DNA from: Thermoanaerobaculia bacterium
Lineage (GTDB): Bacteria > Acidobacteriota > Thermoanaerobaculia > Multivoradales > Multivoraceae
Direction of reading: 5' to 3'
NCBI GenBank assembly: GCA_963664405.1
Contig: OY761158.1
Coordinates: 4,128,001-4,192,000 of the forward strand
Length of the DNA stretch: 64,000 bases
Both the position numbers and the translations under genes were made by a program. Positions 53,230-63,319 of this stretch are shown in pieces. How positions within the stretch are numbered: the first letter of the stretch is position 1; each line of letters opens with the position of its first letter. The notes beneath the pieces are model-generated. The model was not told the origin of the DNA and ran no database searches. It was given only the letters and a program-made list of their open reading frames with translations.

Positions 53230-54245
53230 GAGCCGAGATGGTCCCAGCCAAGGTCCGGGAGGGGGGAGAAGCCTCCAAGTCGGTCTCTCAGATGAAGCTC
53301 ACCTCCCTCCACGATAGCGCCGAGCCGACGGCAGCGGAGCTCAGCGGGGGGAGCCTTGGTAGGCGGCAGAGTGAAAAGCAGTAGATAGTCCTCGCCTCCG
53401 CCGAGGATCTGGGTCAAGGGGTCGAGACCGAGGTGGGCTGCAAGATCCCGAAAGTCGGGAGCCAGGGGCAGCAGCTCCCGATCGAGAATGGCGCCTTGGC
53501 CGCTCGCTGAGCAAAGGTTTCTCAGGTCTCTTGCCAAGCCATCTGAGACGTCGCAGGCCGCGCCTTCGTGTTGGCGGGCCAGCCATCGTCCGAGGTCGAG
53601 CTGCGGAACCGGCCGAAAGTGGGATCTTAGAGCGCGTCGTGCGGCCCGGTGCTGGTTCTCGGGTAGCCGCGCCTCTCGCGGCAACTCCACTCGCCTTCCT
53701 CGGAGGCGGCCGCCGAGTCGTGACAGCTCGAGGCCAAGAGACGCCCACCCAGGGTCGCCTCCAATCCAAACGGCCTCTCCGGGCCGGGCCGTGGAGCGGC
53801 GAAGCCAGCGTTTGACTCCCTTCCAGTGTTCGCCCACTAGCGTCAGACTCAGGAAGATTCTCTTGGCGCTCGCAAGGTCGCCGCCGGCGAGGACAAGCTC
53901 GTAGTTGGCGCACCCGTCTAGGAAGGCGGAAAAGAAGGAGCGATGGTCGAAGCCTTGCGGTGCGGCAAGAGCGAGAAATGCATGGGCCGGACGTGCGCCC
54001 ATAGCCGCTATGTCGGACAGGTTGACCGCAAGCAGCCTCTTCGCGAGGACACGCTCGTCAATATCGGCCGGGAAGTGGACTCCGGCGATCTGGGTGTCGA
54101 CGGTGATGACATGCTCGCCCCGCTCGGGGAGAACGGCCGCATCATCACCGATAAGGCCATAGGTGGCCTTCTTTCGCTTCAGCCAAGCGAGTAGCGAGCG
54201 TTCACTTTCCGTCGGTCGCTGCTGTCGCGTTTTCTTGTGGGGCAA
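53220..54245 (-). CDS. thiL: Thiamine-monophosphate kinase
   Basis: IGDDAAV, GVHF, VNLSDIAAMGA.P, GGD, DVSDGL, GGEDY.LLFT. Confidence 0.93.
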   Translation of the reverse strand: MPHKKTRQQRPTESERSLLAWLKRKKATYGLIGDDAAVLPERGEHVITVDTQIAGVHFPADIDERVLAKRLLAVNLSDIAAMGARPAHAFLALAAPQGFDHRSFFSAFLDGCANYELVLAGGDLASAKRIFLSLTLVGEHWKGVKRWLRRSTARPGEAVWIGGDPGWASLGLELSRLGGRLRGRRVELPREARLPENQHRAARRALRSHFRPVPQLDLGRWLARQHEGAACDVSDGLARDLRNLCSASGQGAILDRELLPLAPDFRDLAAHLGLDPLTQILGGGEDYLLLFTLPPTKAPPAELRCRRLGAIVEGGELHLRDRLGGFSPLPDLGWDHLGSYL

Positions 54246-56583
54246 GGGCGAGCTCCAGCAGTTCTTCCATATTTGCGACGAAGTGGAAGGCGAGGCCTCG
54301 GCGAACCTCGCTGGGCACTTGTTCCAGGTCCCTATCGTTGTGTTTTGGCAGCAACACTGTCTGTACCCCCGCGCTACTGGCGGCGAGCACTTTCTCTTTC
54401 ATCCCGCCGATGGCCAGGATCTCTCCCCTCAGCGTGATCTCACCACTCATCGCGATCGTGTGCGCGACGGCCCTGCCGGTAAGGAGAGAGACGATGGCAG
54501 TTGCTATCGTCACGCCGGCCGATGGCCCGTCTTTCGGAATCGAGCCTGCCGGAACGTGGATATGGATGTCCCGACCGTTGAGGCGGTCAGTGAGACCCTT
54601 GCTCTCGGCGTAAGCCTTCGCGAAGCTGAGAGCGGCCTGGCCGGATTCGCGCATCACCTCGCCCAGTTGGCCGGTGAGGATCAACTCGCCCTTGCCGGGC
54701 AGAGAGAGGACCTCGATGACCATCAGATCTCCGCCGCCGGCGGTCCAAGCCAGACCCGTCGCTACCCCTACACGATCGCGGTCGAGCAGCTCTTCACTAA
54801 AGTGACGCGGTGGCCCAAGAAGACTCTTTGCCCGCTCTGGGTTGACGACGACCCGCCTGTGCTGGCCGCGCGCGACTCTCATCGCGACTTTGCGACAGAT
54901 CGCTGCGATCTCTCGTTCCAGGTTGCGAACTCCCGCTTCGTGGGTGTACTGCGCGACGATTCTCTCAATGCCAGGCTTGGTGAAGCGGAGGTTCTCCGGG
55001 GTCAGCCCGTTCTCGACGATCTGGCGAGGGATGAGGTGGCGATTGGCGATCTTGACCTTCTCGTCTTGGGTGTAGCCGGAGAGCCGAATCACTTCCATCC
55101 GGTCGAGGAAGGCCGGCTGAATAGGATCGACGAGGTTGCCAGTGGTGATGAAAAGGACCCGTGAGAGGTCGTATTCAACGTTCAGGTAGTGGTCTCGAAA
55201 TCCGTTGTTCTGCTCCGAGTCGAGGACTTCGAGCAAGGCGGAAGAAGGATCTCCGCGGAAGTCCGCGCCCACTTTGTCGATCTCGTCGAGCATGAAGACC
55301 GGGTTAGATGTGCCGGATTGTTGGAGGCCCTGGATAATGCGTCCGGGGAGGGCGCCGATGTAAGTGCGCCGATGACCTCTGATCTCTGCTTCGTCGCGCA
55401 CGCCGCCCAGTGAAATACGCACGAACTCGCGACCAAGCGCGGTGGCGATGGACCGGCCAAGAGAAGTCTTTCCGACGCCAGGTGGGCCGATGAAGCAAAG
55501 GATTGGGCCCCTTGCGTCGTCTTTGAGCTTGCGGACGGCCAGGTACTCGAGAATACGTTCCTTGACGGAGCTCAGGTCGTAATGGTCCCGGTCTAGAACT
55601 TCGCGCGCGTGCTCGAGATCGAGGTTGTCCTCGCTTCTGTTGCTCCACGGCAGCGTGGTCAGGCAGTCCAGGTAAGTACGGATGACTGCACCTTCGGAGC
55701 TGTCCGGGTGCGCTCGCTCGAGCCGACGTATCTGGCGGTCCAGCTCTTGACGCGCCTCTTCGCTGAGCTTTCGCTCGTCGGCTTCGCGTCGATAGCCGGC
55801 GATCTCCTCGGTGAGATCTTCGGCGTCACCGAGCTCGGTCTGGATCGCCCGCATTTGTTGGCGCAGAAAGTACTCTCGCTGGGAGCGATCCATTTCCTGG
55901 TGCGCTTCCGAGGAGAGCTGCTGCTGCATGTGCAACAGGTGCACTTCTCGTTGGAGCAGATCGCTGACCTTCTGGAGCCGCTCGCCTCCGTTTACGGTCT
56001 CGAGCAGCGCTTGGGCGTCCTCGTTCTTGAGCTCGAGGTTTGAGGCTGCAAGGTCGGCGAGTCGGCCGGCGTCTTGGAGATTGGTGGCGATGACCATGAC
56101 CTCGCTGGAGATGGCCTTGCCGAGACCGGCAACTTCGTCGAGTTGATCCTTGACGATGCGGATCAGGGCCTCGTCCTCGATTCCTTCTGCGGCAGGGGTC
56201 TCGGGCAGATGAGTAATGCGCGCCCGCAAGAAGGGTGTGCTGTGACTGAAGTAGTTGATCTTTGTGCGAGCGAGTCCCTGGGCAAGTATTCGCACCCGCC
56301 CATCTGGAAGCTTGAGCATGCGAACTACCAGTGCCGCGGTGCCGACGCCGAAGAAATCATCCTCGCCCGGATCCTCCAGGGAGGCGTCCTTTTGGCCCAC
56401 CAGAAGAAGAATGCGGTCCTCAGCCAGTGCGTGATCGACGGCGATTGCGCTCTTGTCCCCGGCCACTGAGAGGGGAACAATGCTGTAGGGGAAGAGGACC
56501 GTCCCCTTGAGAGGAAGGACCGGTAAGACATCCGGCAGAGACCGGACGAGACTTTCCTGATCGCTGGTGGATACCGTGCTCAT
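54202..56583 (-). CDS. lon: Lon protease
   Basis: LON N-domain, GPPGVGKTS, RGHRRTYIGA, LDEIDK, PKDGPSAG, GGMKEK. Confidence 0.97.
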   Translation of the reverse strand: MSTVSTSDQESLVRSLPDVLPVLPLKGTVLFPYSIVPLSVAGDKSAIAVDHALAEDRILLLVGQKDASLEDPGEDDFFGVGTAALVVRMLKLPDGRVRILAQGLARTKINYFSHSTPFLRARITHLPETPAAEGIEDEALIRIVKDQLDEVAGLGKAISSEVMVIATNLQDAGRLADLAASNLELKNEDAQALLETVNGGERLQKVSDLLQREVHLLHMQQQLSSEAHQEMDRSQREYFLRQQMRAIQTELGDAEDLTEEIAGYRREADERKLSEEARQELDRQIRRLERAHPDSSEGAVIRTYLDCLTTLPWSNRSEDNLDLEHAREVLDRDHYDLSSVKERILEYLAVRKLKDDARGPILCFIGPPGVGKTSLGRSIATALGREFVRISLGGVRDEAEIRGHRRTYIGALPGRIIQGLQQSGTSNPVFMLDEIDKVGADFRGDPSSALLEVLDSEQNNGFRDHYLNVEYDLSRVLFITTGNLVDPIQPAFLDRMEVIRLSGYTQDEKVKIANRHLIPRQIVENGLTPENLRFTKPGIERIVAQYTHEAGVRNLEREIAAICRKVAMRVARGQHRRVVVNPERAKSLLGPPRHFSEELLDRDRVGVATGLAWTAGGGDLMVIEVLSLPGKGELILTGQLGEVMRESGQAALSFAKAYAESKGLTDRLNGRDIHIHVPAGSIPKDGPSAGVTIATAIVSLLTGRAVAHTIAMSGEITLRGEILAIGGMKEKVLAASSAGVQTVLLPKHNDRDLEQVPSEVRRGLAFHFVANMEELLELALAPQENATAATDGK

Positions 56584-56660
56584 CCGGAGGGCCCGAGGCG
56601 GGGACCGATCCCACCGAGAGATTACAACAAGATCATTGGCTGCGGGGAGGCTCGGCTCGG

Positions 56661-57119
56661 CTATTTTTTTGTGCGGATCAGAGTGTCGACCTCGTCAACG
56701 AAGGCGCCTATGTCCTCGAAGCGCCGATAGACGGAGGCAAACCTTACGTAGGCGACCTGATCGAGCTCACGCAGCTTGTCCATCACCAGCTCCCCTAGCT
56801 CTTTTGTCGAAAGCTCGCGCTCCGGCTGATCCTGGATCGTCGACTCCGCCTCGTCAACCAGGGCTTCGAGTCGCTTTGCGGGCACCGGCCTCTTTTCGCA
56901 GGCCTTGAGAAGGCCGCCGAGAAGCTTCTTGCGACTGAACTCCTCCCGGGTCCCATCCTCCTTCACGACCATGTAGGGGATGTCCTCGATCTGTTCGTAG
57001 GAGGTGAAGCGGCGGCCGCAGCTCAGACATTCGCGTCGCCTACGGATCGTTTCTCCACCACGGCTCTCGCGCGAGTCAACGACCCGGTCTCGATTTTCGG
57101 TGCAGAAGGGGCACTTCAT
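56661..57119 (-). CDS. nrdR: Transcriptional repressor NrdR
   Basis: MKCPFC..VVDSR..IRRRRECLSC..RFTSYE, ATP cone, VAYVRFASVY. Confidence 0.97.
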   Translation of the reverse strand: MKCPFCTENRDRVVDSRESRGGETIRRRRECLSCGRRFTSYEQIEDIPYMVVKEDGTREEFSRKKLLGGLLKACEKRPVPAKRLEALVDEAESTIQDQPERELSTKELGELVMDKLRELDQVAYVRFASVYRRFEDIGAFVDEVDTLIRTKK

Positions 57120-57308
57120 GGTAGCTCGCGGTGTTTTGCTCGAGTGCTCGCTGTTGCCTCGAGAGGCTCGAGCATGTTGCCCCGAAAAGGAAGAGAGCTT
57201 GTCGCTCGAGGGCGGACTCTGGGGCTTAGACTACCAGGACGGGCTCTCGAGCCCGGATTCAGGAGGGGCAGACTCCTGTTCGACAGGGGGAGCGGCCTGT
57301 TCTCGGCG

Positions 57309-57399
57309 CTAGGAGCGTGTCCGAGAATTCGGACAGGCGAGTAGTTCTTAGGGGGGGATGGGCCGGAGAATGGGCCGTAGGCCCGTTTTCCGGGGCTAG
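57309..57399 (+). repeat. Family II two-hairpin element (91 bp)
   Basis: CTAGGAGCGTGTCCGAGAATTCGGACAGG...CCGGAGAATGGGCCGTAGGCCCGTTTTCCGGGGCTAG; right CTAG is the mglA-like stop. Confidence 0.9.
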
Positions 57400-58454
57400 C
57401 TGGACCTGACGGAGACGCTGAGGCGAAGCAGGAGCTCGTTGAACTCAGAGTGAGACTCGATGTCGTAGCCGCGCTCGAGGTCGGCCACTGCATTTTGGTC
57501 CTCGTCTTCGAGGCGAAGGCTGATGGATACCCGCTTGGCCCTTCTCAGGGCTTCGATCGGTAGGTGGAGCTGAGCGTCTCGGTCCATCTTCACCTGCCCG
57601 TTCAATGGCTTGGGGGGGGGCGCAACCGAAGTCGCTACGCCACCGGCTTCGGTCTCGAAGGCGGCGTCTGCGGCGACCTCTGGGGCGGGTGGGCTGGAGA
57701 TCGCTGCCTCTATTCCGGACGCGACCGCAGGGGTCTCGGACGGCTGGTCGCCTCGCGCCTTGGCAGTCTCCGGCTCCGATGGCTCCACAGTCTTGGGCGG
57801 CGGTGTCTCAGCCGGCGCCGGGGGAACCGGTTCGCTCGCTTTGCTTCGTCTCGAAGAGGAACCGGCGCCGAGCCGATCCTTGAGCGAGGCTAGTGTCAGC
57901 TTGGCAACGCCGGTGAGGGTTTCGAACACTCCCTGGCCTGAAAGGGCAGAGGCTTCGAAGTAGGGCCATTGATGCGGGTTCAACGCCGCGTTGAGCTCTT
58001 CCACAGTGGCGACGTCGGGCAGATCCCGCTTGTTGAGCTGAAGGACTACCGGGATGTCACCCAAGCCAAGACCGATCTCCGCGAGATTGACCTCGAGGTT
58101 CTTCATCGAGTCTCTGTTGGCGTCCATCATCAGACGTTGCGAGTCTGCAACGAAGACGATTGCATCGACGCCCTTGAGGACCAGCTTCCTGGTGGTGTTG
58201 TAGAACACCTGACCCGGAACGGTGTAGAGCTGAATTTTGGTCTTGAATCCGCCGATGGAGCCGAGGTCGATGGGAAGCAGATCGAAGAATAGAGTGCGGT
58301 CCGTCTCGGTTTGCAGCGATACCATCTCACCCCGGCTGTCCGAGGTGGTTCGGTCGTAGATGAACTGGAGATTGGTGGTCTTCCCGCAGAGACCTGGACC
58401 GTAGTAAACGATCTTCGCGGCCACTTGCATGGTGCTGTAATTGAAAAAGACCAT
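57396..58454 (-). CDS. MglA-family small GTPase with C-terminal extension
   Basis: KIVYYGPGLCGKTTNL, DRTLFFD, YTVPGQ, NKRDL; Pro/Ala linker then a globular tail. Confidence 0.9.
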   Translation of the reverse strand: MVFFNYSTMQVAAKIVYYGPGLCGKTTNLQFIYDRTTSDSRGEMVSLQTETDRTLFFDLLPIDLGSIGGFKTKIQLYTVPGQVFYNTTRKLVLKGVDAIVFVADSQRLMMDANRDSMKNLEVNLAEIGLGLGDIPVVLQLNKRDLPDVATVEELNAALNPHQWPYFEASALSGQGVFETLTGVAKLTLASLKDRLGAGSSSRRSKASEPVPPAPAETPPPKTVEPSEPETAKARGDQPSETPAVASGIEAAISSPPAPEVAADAAFETEAGGVATSVAPPPKPLNGQVKMDRDAQLHLPIEALRRAKRVSISLRLEDEDQNAVADLERGYDIESHSEFNELLLRLSVSVRSS

Positions 58455-58522
58455 AGTCTCGGAAATGCGATCGCTTCGTCGAAATATGAGGAGAAGAGAA
58501 AACCTTATTTGCGAAGTTCGAT

Positions 58523-58551
58523 ATGCTAGCACGCGTATCTGCGACGGTCAA
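58523..58551 (-). promoter_or_regulatory. sigma70 promoter of mglA-like gene
   Basis: Minus strand TTGACC-N17-TAGCAT. Confidence 0.55.
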
Positions 58552-58623
58552 GAAATGCCGGGGCTGTGCTCCCGAAGGCCCATAGGCGCCTGATAGAATT
58601 TCCGCAGCAGTGGTCCTGAGCTG

Positions 58624-59694
58624 ATGGTAGAAGAAACCCCAGTAGTCCTTAACGAGCGCGAGCGCGAGATTCTCAAGGGCGTCGTCTCGTCTTACATCTT
58701 TCGGGCGGAGCCGGTCAGCTCCCGCGCCGTTGCCAAGCAGAAAGACCAGAGACTCTCCTCCGCGACAATTCGCAACACGATGGCCGATCTCGAGGAGTGG
58801 GGCTATCTGTCTCAGCCTCACACCTCGGCGGGTCGAGTCCCGACCCACCAGGGCTACCACTTCTTCATCGATACCTTGATGAAGGAGAAGGAGCTTGCGC
58901 CCGACCTTCGTCGCTATGTGAAAGCCAATCTCGGCAAGGCGGAGGACGCTGAGAGCTTGACGCTGGTCGCTTCGCACCTGCTGTCCGAGCTCTCCGAGCA
59001 GGTGGGCGTGGTTCTCACTCCTGCCCGAGGCGACGTCTGCTTGAGGACGATCGAGTTTGTGCCGCTCCCCGGGAGCAAGGTCCTGTGCGTGGTGGTTTCT
59101 TCGAGCGGCTTCATCGACAACAAGGTCATCGACACCGACGAGGTCTTGCCTCGTGAAGAGCTCACTCGGATCTCGAACTACATGAGTGAGCACTTCGTCG
59201 GCCTGACCTTGTCGGAGGCCCGCAACCGCCTCTTGCAGCTGATGGCCGACGAGCGTGCCGAGGTCGACAGCCTGATGCAGCGCGCGTTCTCTCTCGCCGA
59301 GCGGGGGCTGGACACGAGCCATGCTCAAGATGTCTTGGTGGATGGTGCAGAGTCGCTCTTCCAGCATCCGGAAATGAAGGACTTGAAACTGGTGCAGCGC
59401 TTGTTCCAGGCTTTTACCGACAAGGCGCAGCTGGTTTTGATGCTGAATCGTTGTATGGAAGGTCAGGGGGTGCGGGTCTTCATTGGCGAGGACAGCTACC
59501 TCACCTCCAGGCTAGATTTCAGCTTGGTGGCAACGACTTACGGCGCCGGCAACGAGACTTTGGGTAGTCTCGGCGTGTTCGGACCCTCGCGGATGGAGTA
59601 CCCTCGACTGATACCTCTGGTGCACTTCCTCGGCGAGGCGCTGAGCACGGCGCTGTCGAGGGGTGTGATCGAAGATCTCAGGGAGGCCAGATGA
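58624..59694 (+). CDS. hrcA: Heat-inducible repressor HrcA
   Basis: EPVSS, LSSATIRNTMADLE..GYL.QPHTSAGRVPT, GVFGPSRMEY. Confidence 0.96.
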   Translation: MVEETPVVLNEREREILKGVVSSYIFRAEPVSSRAVAKQKDQRLSSATIRNTMADLEEWGYLSQPHTSAGRVPTHQGYHFFIDTLMKEKELAPDLRRYVKANLGKAEDAESLTLVASHLLSELSEQVGVVLTPARGDVCLRTIEFVPLPGSKVLCVVVSSSGFIDNKVIDTDEVLPREELTRISNYMSEHFVGLTLSEARNRLLQLMADERAEVDSLMQRAFSLAERGLDTSHAQDVLVDGAESLFQHPEMKDLKLVQRLFQAFTDKAQLVLMLNRCMEGQGVRVFIGEDSYLTSRLDFSLVATTYGAGNETLGSLGVFGPSRMEYPRLIPLVHFLGEALSTALSRGVIEDLREAR

Positions 59695-60323
59695 TCGATG
59701 ATTCTGATGTTGACGCCGTTGACGAGTCGGAGTCCGAAGAGGTCTACGAGCTCGAGCCGCCGGTAACAGCGGACGACAATCCGGAGGAAATCCTTCAGGA
59801 GGCGATCAAGGCGGTGGAGAGCTCATCGGGTGAAGGTGCGGCTGTCGAGATCGTAGGGGGCTCGCAGGAGAGTGAGCTCGAGGAGCTCCGAGAGCGCTAT
59901 CTCCGTACCCTGGCCGACTTCGAGAATTTTCGCAAACGGAGCGAGCGACAACGGAAGGAGTCACAGCGCTATGCTACGACTGAGCCGCTGCGGGCATTTC
60001 TCTCTGTGGTCGACAATCTCGGGCGCGCCCTAGGTGCGGAGGGGAGTCACGAGGACCTGAAGGCCGGTGTCGAGATGATCCAGAGACAGACCGTCGAGAT
60101 GCTTCGGCGCTTCGGGGTGGAGTCTGTCGGGGCCGAAGGAGAGCCCTTCGATCCCACCGTGCATGAGGCGGTGATGCGCTATGAGGATCCGGACGTTCGC
60201 GAGCAGATCGTGACCTCGGAGCTGCAAAAGGGATATATGCTTTACGACCGTCTGCTCCGGCCCGCAATGGTGAAAGTAGCGGTTCCGGCAGAGAGTGGGG
60301 AGGGGAGCGGAGACGACTCCTGA
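59691..60323 (+). CDS. grpE: Nucleotide exchange factor GrpE
   Basis: ADFENFRKR, VVDNL.RAL, FDPTVHEA, QKGY...RLLRPAMVKV. Confidence 0.96.
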   Translation: MIDDSDVDAVDESESEEVYELEPPVTADDNPEEILQEAIKAVESSSGEGAAVEIVGGSQESELEELRERYLRTLADFENFRKRSERQRKESQRYATTEPLRAFLSVVDNLGRALGAEGSHEDLKAGVEMIQRQTVEMLRRFGVESVGAEGEPFDPTVHEAVMRYEDPDVREQIVTSELQKGYMLYDRLLRPAMVKVAVPAESGEGSGDDS

Positions 60324-60385
60324 AGTCCGGTGTCGCATAGCGATTCCTCTTCTGGCCTCCGTCCGCTTCGGAAGGAAACAGCGTT

Positions 60386-62209
60386 TTGAGCAGAGTTCTG
60401 GGTATCGATCTCGGCACGACCAACAGCTGCGTTGCGATTGTCGAGGGTCCGGCGGCACCCCGAGTGCTGAGCAATCAGGCCGGTAGTCATACGACTCCCT
60501 CGATCGTCGGCTTCGTGGAGGAGGGTGACCGCCTGGTCGGCCACATCGCCAAAAGGCAGGCGGTCACCAATCCAGAGAATACGATTTTCGCAATCAAGCG
60601 CCTCATTGGCAGGAAAGCGTTGGCGCCAGAGGTGGCGATTGCGCGGGAGCGTCATCTGCCCTACGAAGTCGTAGAAGCCGAGAACGGTGATGCGCACGTC
60701 AAGGTCCGCGACAGGGTCTACAGCCCGGAAGAGATTTCCGGCATTCTTCTCCGCGAATTGCGTGAGCAGGCTGCCGAGGCGCTCGGTGACGAAGTGGGCG
60801 AGACTGTGGTTACCGTTCCAGCCTACTTTGACGATTCGCAGCGGCAGGCGACCCGTGATGCGTGCAAGATCGCGGGTCTCGAAGTTCTTCGCATCATCAA
60901 CGAGCCGACCGCCGCTGCGTTGGCGTACTCCATCAGTGAGCACGGAGATGCGACGAACATCGCGGTTTTCGACCTGGGCGGAGGCACCTTCGATATCTCG
61001 ATCATGGAGCTCTCCGAGGGTATTTTCGAGGTCAAGGCGACCAACGGTGATGTCGATCTCGGAGGCGAGGACTTCGATCGGCGGGTCATGGACTGGCTGA
61101 TCGAAGAATTCCTCGAAGAGACCGGGATCGATCTACGGCCTGACCGCATGGCGCTGCAGCGGCTGAAGGAAGCGGCAGAGCGCGCCAAATCCGAGCTCTC
61201 GACCGTCGAGGAAGCGAAGATCAATTTGCCCTTCGTCTCGGTTGACGACGAGGGTCCGCGCCACCTTTCACGTGAGCTGACTCGAGAGAAGTTCGAAAGT
61301 CTGGTCGTGGACCTGGTCGAGCGCACCGTGGAACCTTGCGAGGATGCGCTGAGGCAAGCGGGCCTGAAGCCGAAGGACGTCGATGAAGTGCTTTTGGTCG
61401 GAGGACAGAGCCGGTCGCCCTGCATATTCCGCAAGGTACAGGAGATCTTTCAACAGTTACCGAAGCGTGACCTCAACCCTGACGAAGTGGTGGCGATCGG
61501 AGCTGCGATCCAGGGCGGCATCCTCAAGGGCAACATCAAAGACATCGTTCTTCTCGATGTGACGCCTCTGTCGTTGGGCATCGAGACCCAGGGCGGCATC
61601 TTCACCAAGCAGATCGAGCGCAACTCCACGATTCCCACCAAGACCTCCCAGATCTTCACTACCGTCGTGGACAATCAGGACAGCGTGGAGATTCATATCC
61701 TCCAGGGCGAGCGCGATATTGCCACCGAGAATCGTTCTCTGGGCAGGATCGAGCTCGTCGGGATCCCCCCAGCTCCACGCGGCGTTCCGCAGATCGAAGT
61801 GACCTTCGCCATCGACTCGAACAGTATTCACACCGTTTCTGCGCGGGATCTCGCCACCGACCAATCCCAGACCATCGAGATCAACCCCGCCAGCGGTCTC
61901 TCCGAAGACGAAGTGCAGCGGCTCGTCGAGGAGGCGGACAAGCACTCCATCGAGGATCGTTCGCGACGGGAAGGGAAGAGGCTGCGAAGCCGGGTGGAGG
62001 GGCTGCTCTACACCAACGAAAAGGTCTTCGAGCAGTTTTCCGAGTATCTGCCTGAGCCGGAGCAGGAGAGGATGCGTGAGATTTTTCGCCAGGCTCTTGC
62101 GGCCCTGATCGCCGACACTCTGGAGGATATGGAGGCCGCGATGTTCGACCTCAATGCCGTCGCCCAGGATCTCGCCGACGTGATGTTACGCAGCACGAGC
62201 GACGGATGA
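60386..62209 (+). CDS. dnaK: Chaperone DnaK (Hsp70), copy 2
   Basis: [38 protein letters not shown]; short C-terminus. Confidence 0.93.
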   Translation: MSRVLGIDLGTTNSCVAIVEGPAAPRVLSNQAGSHTTPSIVGFVEEGDRLVGHIAKRQAVTNPENTIFAIKRLIGRKALAPEVAIARERHLPYEVVEAENGDAHVKVRDRVYSPEEISGILLRELREQAAEALGDEVGETVVTVPAYFDDSQRQATRDACKIAGLEVLRIINEPTAAALAYSISEHGDATNIAVFDLGGGTFDISIMELSEGIFEVKATNGDVDLGGEDFDRRVMDWLIEEFLEETGIDLRPDRMALQRLKEAAERAKSELSTVEEAKINLPFVSVDDEGPRHLSRELTREKFESLVVDLVERTVEPCEDALRQAGLKPKDVDEVLLVGGQSRSPCIFRKVQEIFQQLPKRDLNPDEVVAIGAAIQGGILKGNIKDIVLLDVTPLSLGIETQGGIFTKQIERNSTIPTKTSQIFTTVVDNQDSVEIHILQGERDIATENRSLGRIELVGIPPAPRGVPQIEVTFAIDSNSIHTVSARDLATDQSQTIEINPASGLSEDEVQRLVEEADKHSIEDRSRREGKRLRSRVEGLLYTNEKVFEQFSEYLPEPEQERMREIFRQALAALIADTLEDMEAAMFDLNAVAQDLADVMLRSTSDG

Positions 62210-63315
62210 CGAGCAAACGGGACTATTACGAGGTCCTTGGCGTAGAGCGAGAGGCCTCGGAGGCGGAGATCAAATCTGCCTATCGTCGGCTTGCGGTGAG
62301 CAATCACCCCGACCGCAATCCGGGCGACTCCGCGGCCGAGGAGCGTTTCAAAGAGGCCGCGGAGGCCTACTCGGTGCTTTCGGATGCGGAAAAGCGGAGC
62401 CGGTACGACCGATTCGGACATCAGGCGGCGGGCGGCGGCGGCTTCGGAGGTTTCGACCCCGACGTTTTCGGTGACTTTTCGGATATTCTCGGCGACCTCT
62501 TCGGTCTCGGCGGCCGTCGCAGGCGTCGTGGCGGACCGATGGCCGGCGCCGACCTACGCTACGATCTCGATATCTCTTTCGAGGAGGCTGCCTTCGGATG
62601 CGAGCCGACGCTCCGCATCCCGAGGTTGGAGACCTGCGAATCATGCTCCGGCAGCGGCAGCGCAGATAAATCGGGGCCAGACCCCTGTGCCACTTGTGGT
62701 GGCCAAGGCCAGGTACGCTTTTCCCAGGGCTTCTTCACAGTCGCGCGAACCTGTCCAAACTGCGGCGGGAGCGGTTCGGTGATTCGGAATCGCTGTCCGT
62801 CGTGCTCAGGCGCGGGAAGGACCGAACAGGAACAGTCGCTGCAAGTGCGGATTCCCGCCGGTGTCGATGAAGGGGCTCGGCTGCGACTCTCGGGCGAAGG
62901 CGAGCACGGGCAGAAGGGGGGCCCCCCGGGAGACCTCTATGTGGTGATCCACGTCGAGGAGCACGAGGTCTTCGGTCGAAGAGGCGCCGATGCTTTCTCG
63001 GAGCTTGTTGTCTCCTACCCTCAGGCGGTGCTCGGGGCCGAGATCGAAGTCGAGACCATACATGGTCCTGCGAAGCTCACGATCCCGTCCGGGACTCGCC
63101 ATGGCGACCTTCTCAAGCTCCGAGGCAAGGGGATCCCGCGGCTGAATGGAAGCGGCAGCGGAGATCATCACATCTCGGTTGCGATCTCGGTGCCACGGGC
63201 AAGAGACCTCGATGCTGAAGACCTGAAGCTCGTGCAAGAGCTGGCGGCCCGCTTCGGAGACAGTGTTCGGGAGGAGCGCAAGATGTTCCACCGCGTGAAA
63301 GACCTCTTCGGTTAG
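62206..63315 (+). CDS. dnaJ: Chaperone DnaJ
   Basis: J-domain with HPD, G/F region, four CxxCxGxG repeats. Confidence 0.97.
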   Translation: MTSKRDYYEVLGVEREASEAEIKSAYRRLAVSNHPDRNPGDSAAEERFKEAAEAYSVLSDAEKRSRYDRFGHQAAGGGGFGGFDPDVFGDFSDILGDLFGLGGRRRRRGGPMAGADLRYDLDISFEEAAFGCEPTLRIPRLETCESCSGSGSADKSGPDPCATCGGQGQVRFSQGFFTVARTCPNCGGSGSVIRNRCPSCSGAGRTEQEQSLQVRIPAGVDEGARLRLSGEGEHGQKGGPPGDLYVVIHVEEHEVFGRRGADAFSELVVSYPQAVLGAEIEVETIHGPAKLTIPSGTRHGDLLKLRGKGIPRLNGSGSGDHHISVAISVPRARDLDAEDLKLVQELAARFGDSVREERKMFHRVKDLFG

Positions 63316-63319
63316 TCGC

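Noticed and set aside
57270-57295. GTTCGA hairpin suggesting a tRNA T-arm
   Set aside because: Loop size is wrong and there are no acceptor, D or anticodon arms.
58526-58552. CIRCE-like CTAGCACGC upstream of hrcA
   Set aside because: The second half-site is poor and the spacing is off; better explained as the sigma70 promoter of the divergent gene.
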